Assembly (NCBI GenBank): GCA_049242065.1
Contig: JBMLPO010000256.1
Coordinates: forward strand, 1 to 37,326
Direction of reading: 5' to 3'
DNA length: 37,326 bases
From: Bacteroidia bacterium
GTDB taxonomy: Bacteria; Bacteroidota; Bacteroidia; UKL13-3
The notes beneath the pieces are model-generated. The model saw only the letters and a program-made list of their open reading frames with translations. It made no database searches and had not been told where the DNA came from. Each line of letters opens with the position of its first letter. The stretch's first letter is position 1. Shown here piece by piece: positions 36,673-37,326 of the stretch. The translations under genes were made by a program, and so were the position numbers.

Positions 36673-37326
36673 TACCATTTTCTTTTTATGCTTCTTACTG
36701 GAAAGTATAGGCCTTGCTGCACAAACAGGATTTCAGTATAGGAGAAAAATCATTGGTATCAATTCCGAATGGCATCAGTTACTCTTACCTCTTGATTTAT
36801 ACCCAAGCTCATTTCCTCATTTTTCTGATCTAAGAATCCAATCATATACCTCCAAGGGTGATACCATCAATGTGCCTTATATACTTGAAGAGGTAAGTCC
36901 TAAACAAATAGAAAAAGAAGTTGAATTTAAAATCATTAACGAGTCATACAGAAACGATTGGTATTATTTTACTTTGGTTTGTCCTCAGAATGTACTGGTC
37001 AATAACCTAAGCCTTGATTTTGCAGATAGAAATTTTGATTGGCATGTGAATCTCGATGCTGCTGAAAAATTAGGCGAATGGATGACCATCCTCGATGATG
37101 TGAGGATTCTTTCTTTTCATGAAGGAAATGAATCTTATGTATTTTCAAAATTGAAATTTCGTGATGCCAATTATCCCTACTACAGGGTTTCTATCCGAGG
37201 TGCTAAAAAACCAAATTTGAAATCGGTTAAATTATCCTACTTTGAAGATAGCCCTGGCGCTTCAGTAATTTATCCAGTAAACAATTTTACACTGCAACAT
37301 CTGCCTCAACAAAAACAAAGCATCAT
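36653..37326 (+). CDS. DUF3999-like secreted protein (5' partial, runs off the window)
   Basis: This ORF is not on the ORF track because no stop is reached. I translated 36653 onward by hand and the frame stays open to 37326. The product reads MMKRRLNTIFFLCFLLESIGLAAQTGFQYRRKIIGINSEWHQLLLPLDLY...YPYYRVSIRGAKKPNLKSVKL. It has a signal peptide. It overlaps the DUF2339 gene by 20 nt. The family call is from memory of DUF2339/DUF3999 neighbourhoods. Confidence 0.5.
   Translation, partial: MMKRRLNTIFFLCFLLESIGLAAQTGFQYRRKIIGINSEWHQLLLPLDLYPSSFPHFSDLRIQSYTSKGDTINVPYILEEVSPKQIEKEVEFKIINESYRNDWYYFTLVCPQNVLVNNLSLDFADRNFDWHVNLDAAEKLGEWMTILDDVRILSFHEGNESYVFSKLKFRDANYPYYRVSIRGAKKPNLKSVKLSYFEDSPGASVIYPVNNFTLQHLPQQKQSI

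Overview
This window looks like a densely coding, core-chromosome segment of a low-GC Bacteroidota genome. The evidence for that placement is the 2386-aa T9SS translocon SprA, a T9SS C-terminal sorting domain on a secreted esterase, TAnnTTTG -7 promoter boxes, and almost no Shine-Dalgarno sites. I count about 30 protein genes. The housekeeping set is ftsH, lpxH, prfA, apaG, ruvA, sprA, menA-menC and pgk, together with a geranylgeranyl-reductase-type flavoprotein, a class I O-methyltransferase, a ClC channel with CBS domains, a SulP-STAS-beta-carbonic-anhydrase fusion, and a multi-PAS hybrid histidine kinase. I found no rRNA, tRNA, CRISPR array, IS element, integrase, phage gene or recognisable defence gene, and no intergenic gap exceeds about 170 bp. 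I do not see a well-supported novel system here. The most noteworthy items are four uncharacterised or unusually arranged modules. (1) A tightly packed, co-directional run of envelope genes at the 3' end: T9SS-sorted esterase, Rieske protein, YwaF/TIGR02206-like membrane protein, OM beta-barrel, then an overlapping DUF2339/DUF3999-like pair. (2) A second LpxH-like phosphoesterase packed against a GT-B glycosyltransferase. (3) The transporter-carbonic anhydrase fusion. (4) Divergent ClC and menA genes whose start codons share one CATG, with each promoter box inside the other gene. Several ORF-track starts appear over-extended, and in two cases the called TTG start is the TTG of a -7 promoter box. 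Conversely, ruvA, sprA and lpxH seem to require genuine TTG starts. All family calls come from motif recognition by eye; no searches were run.
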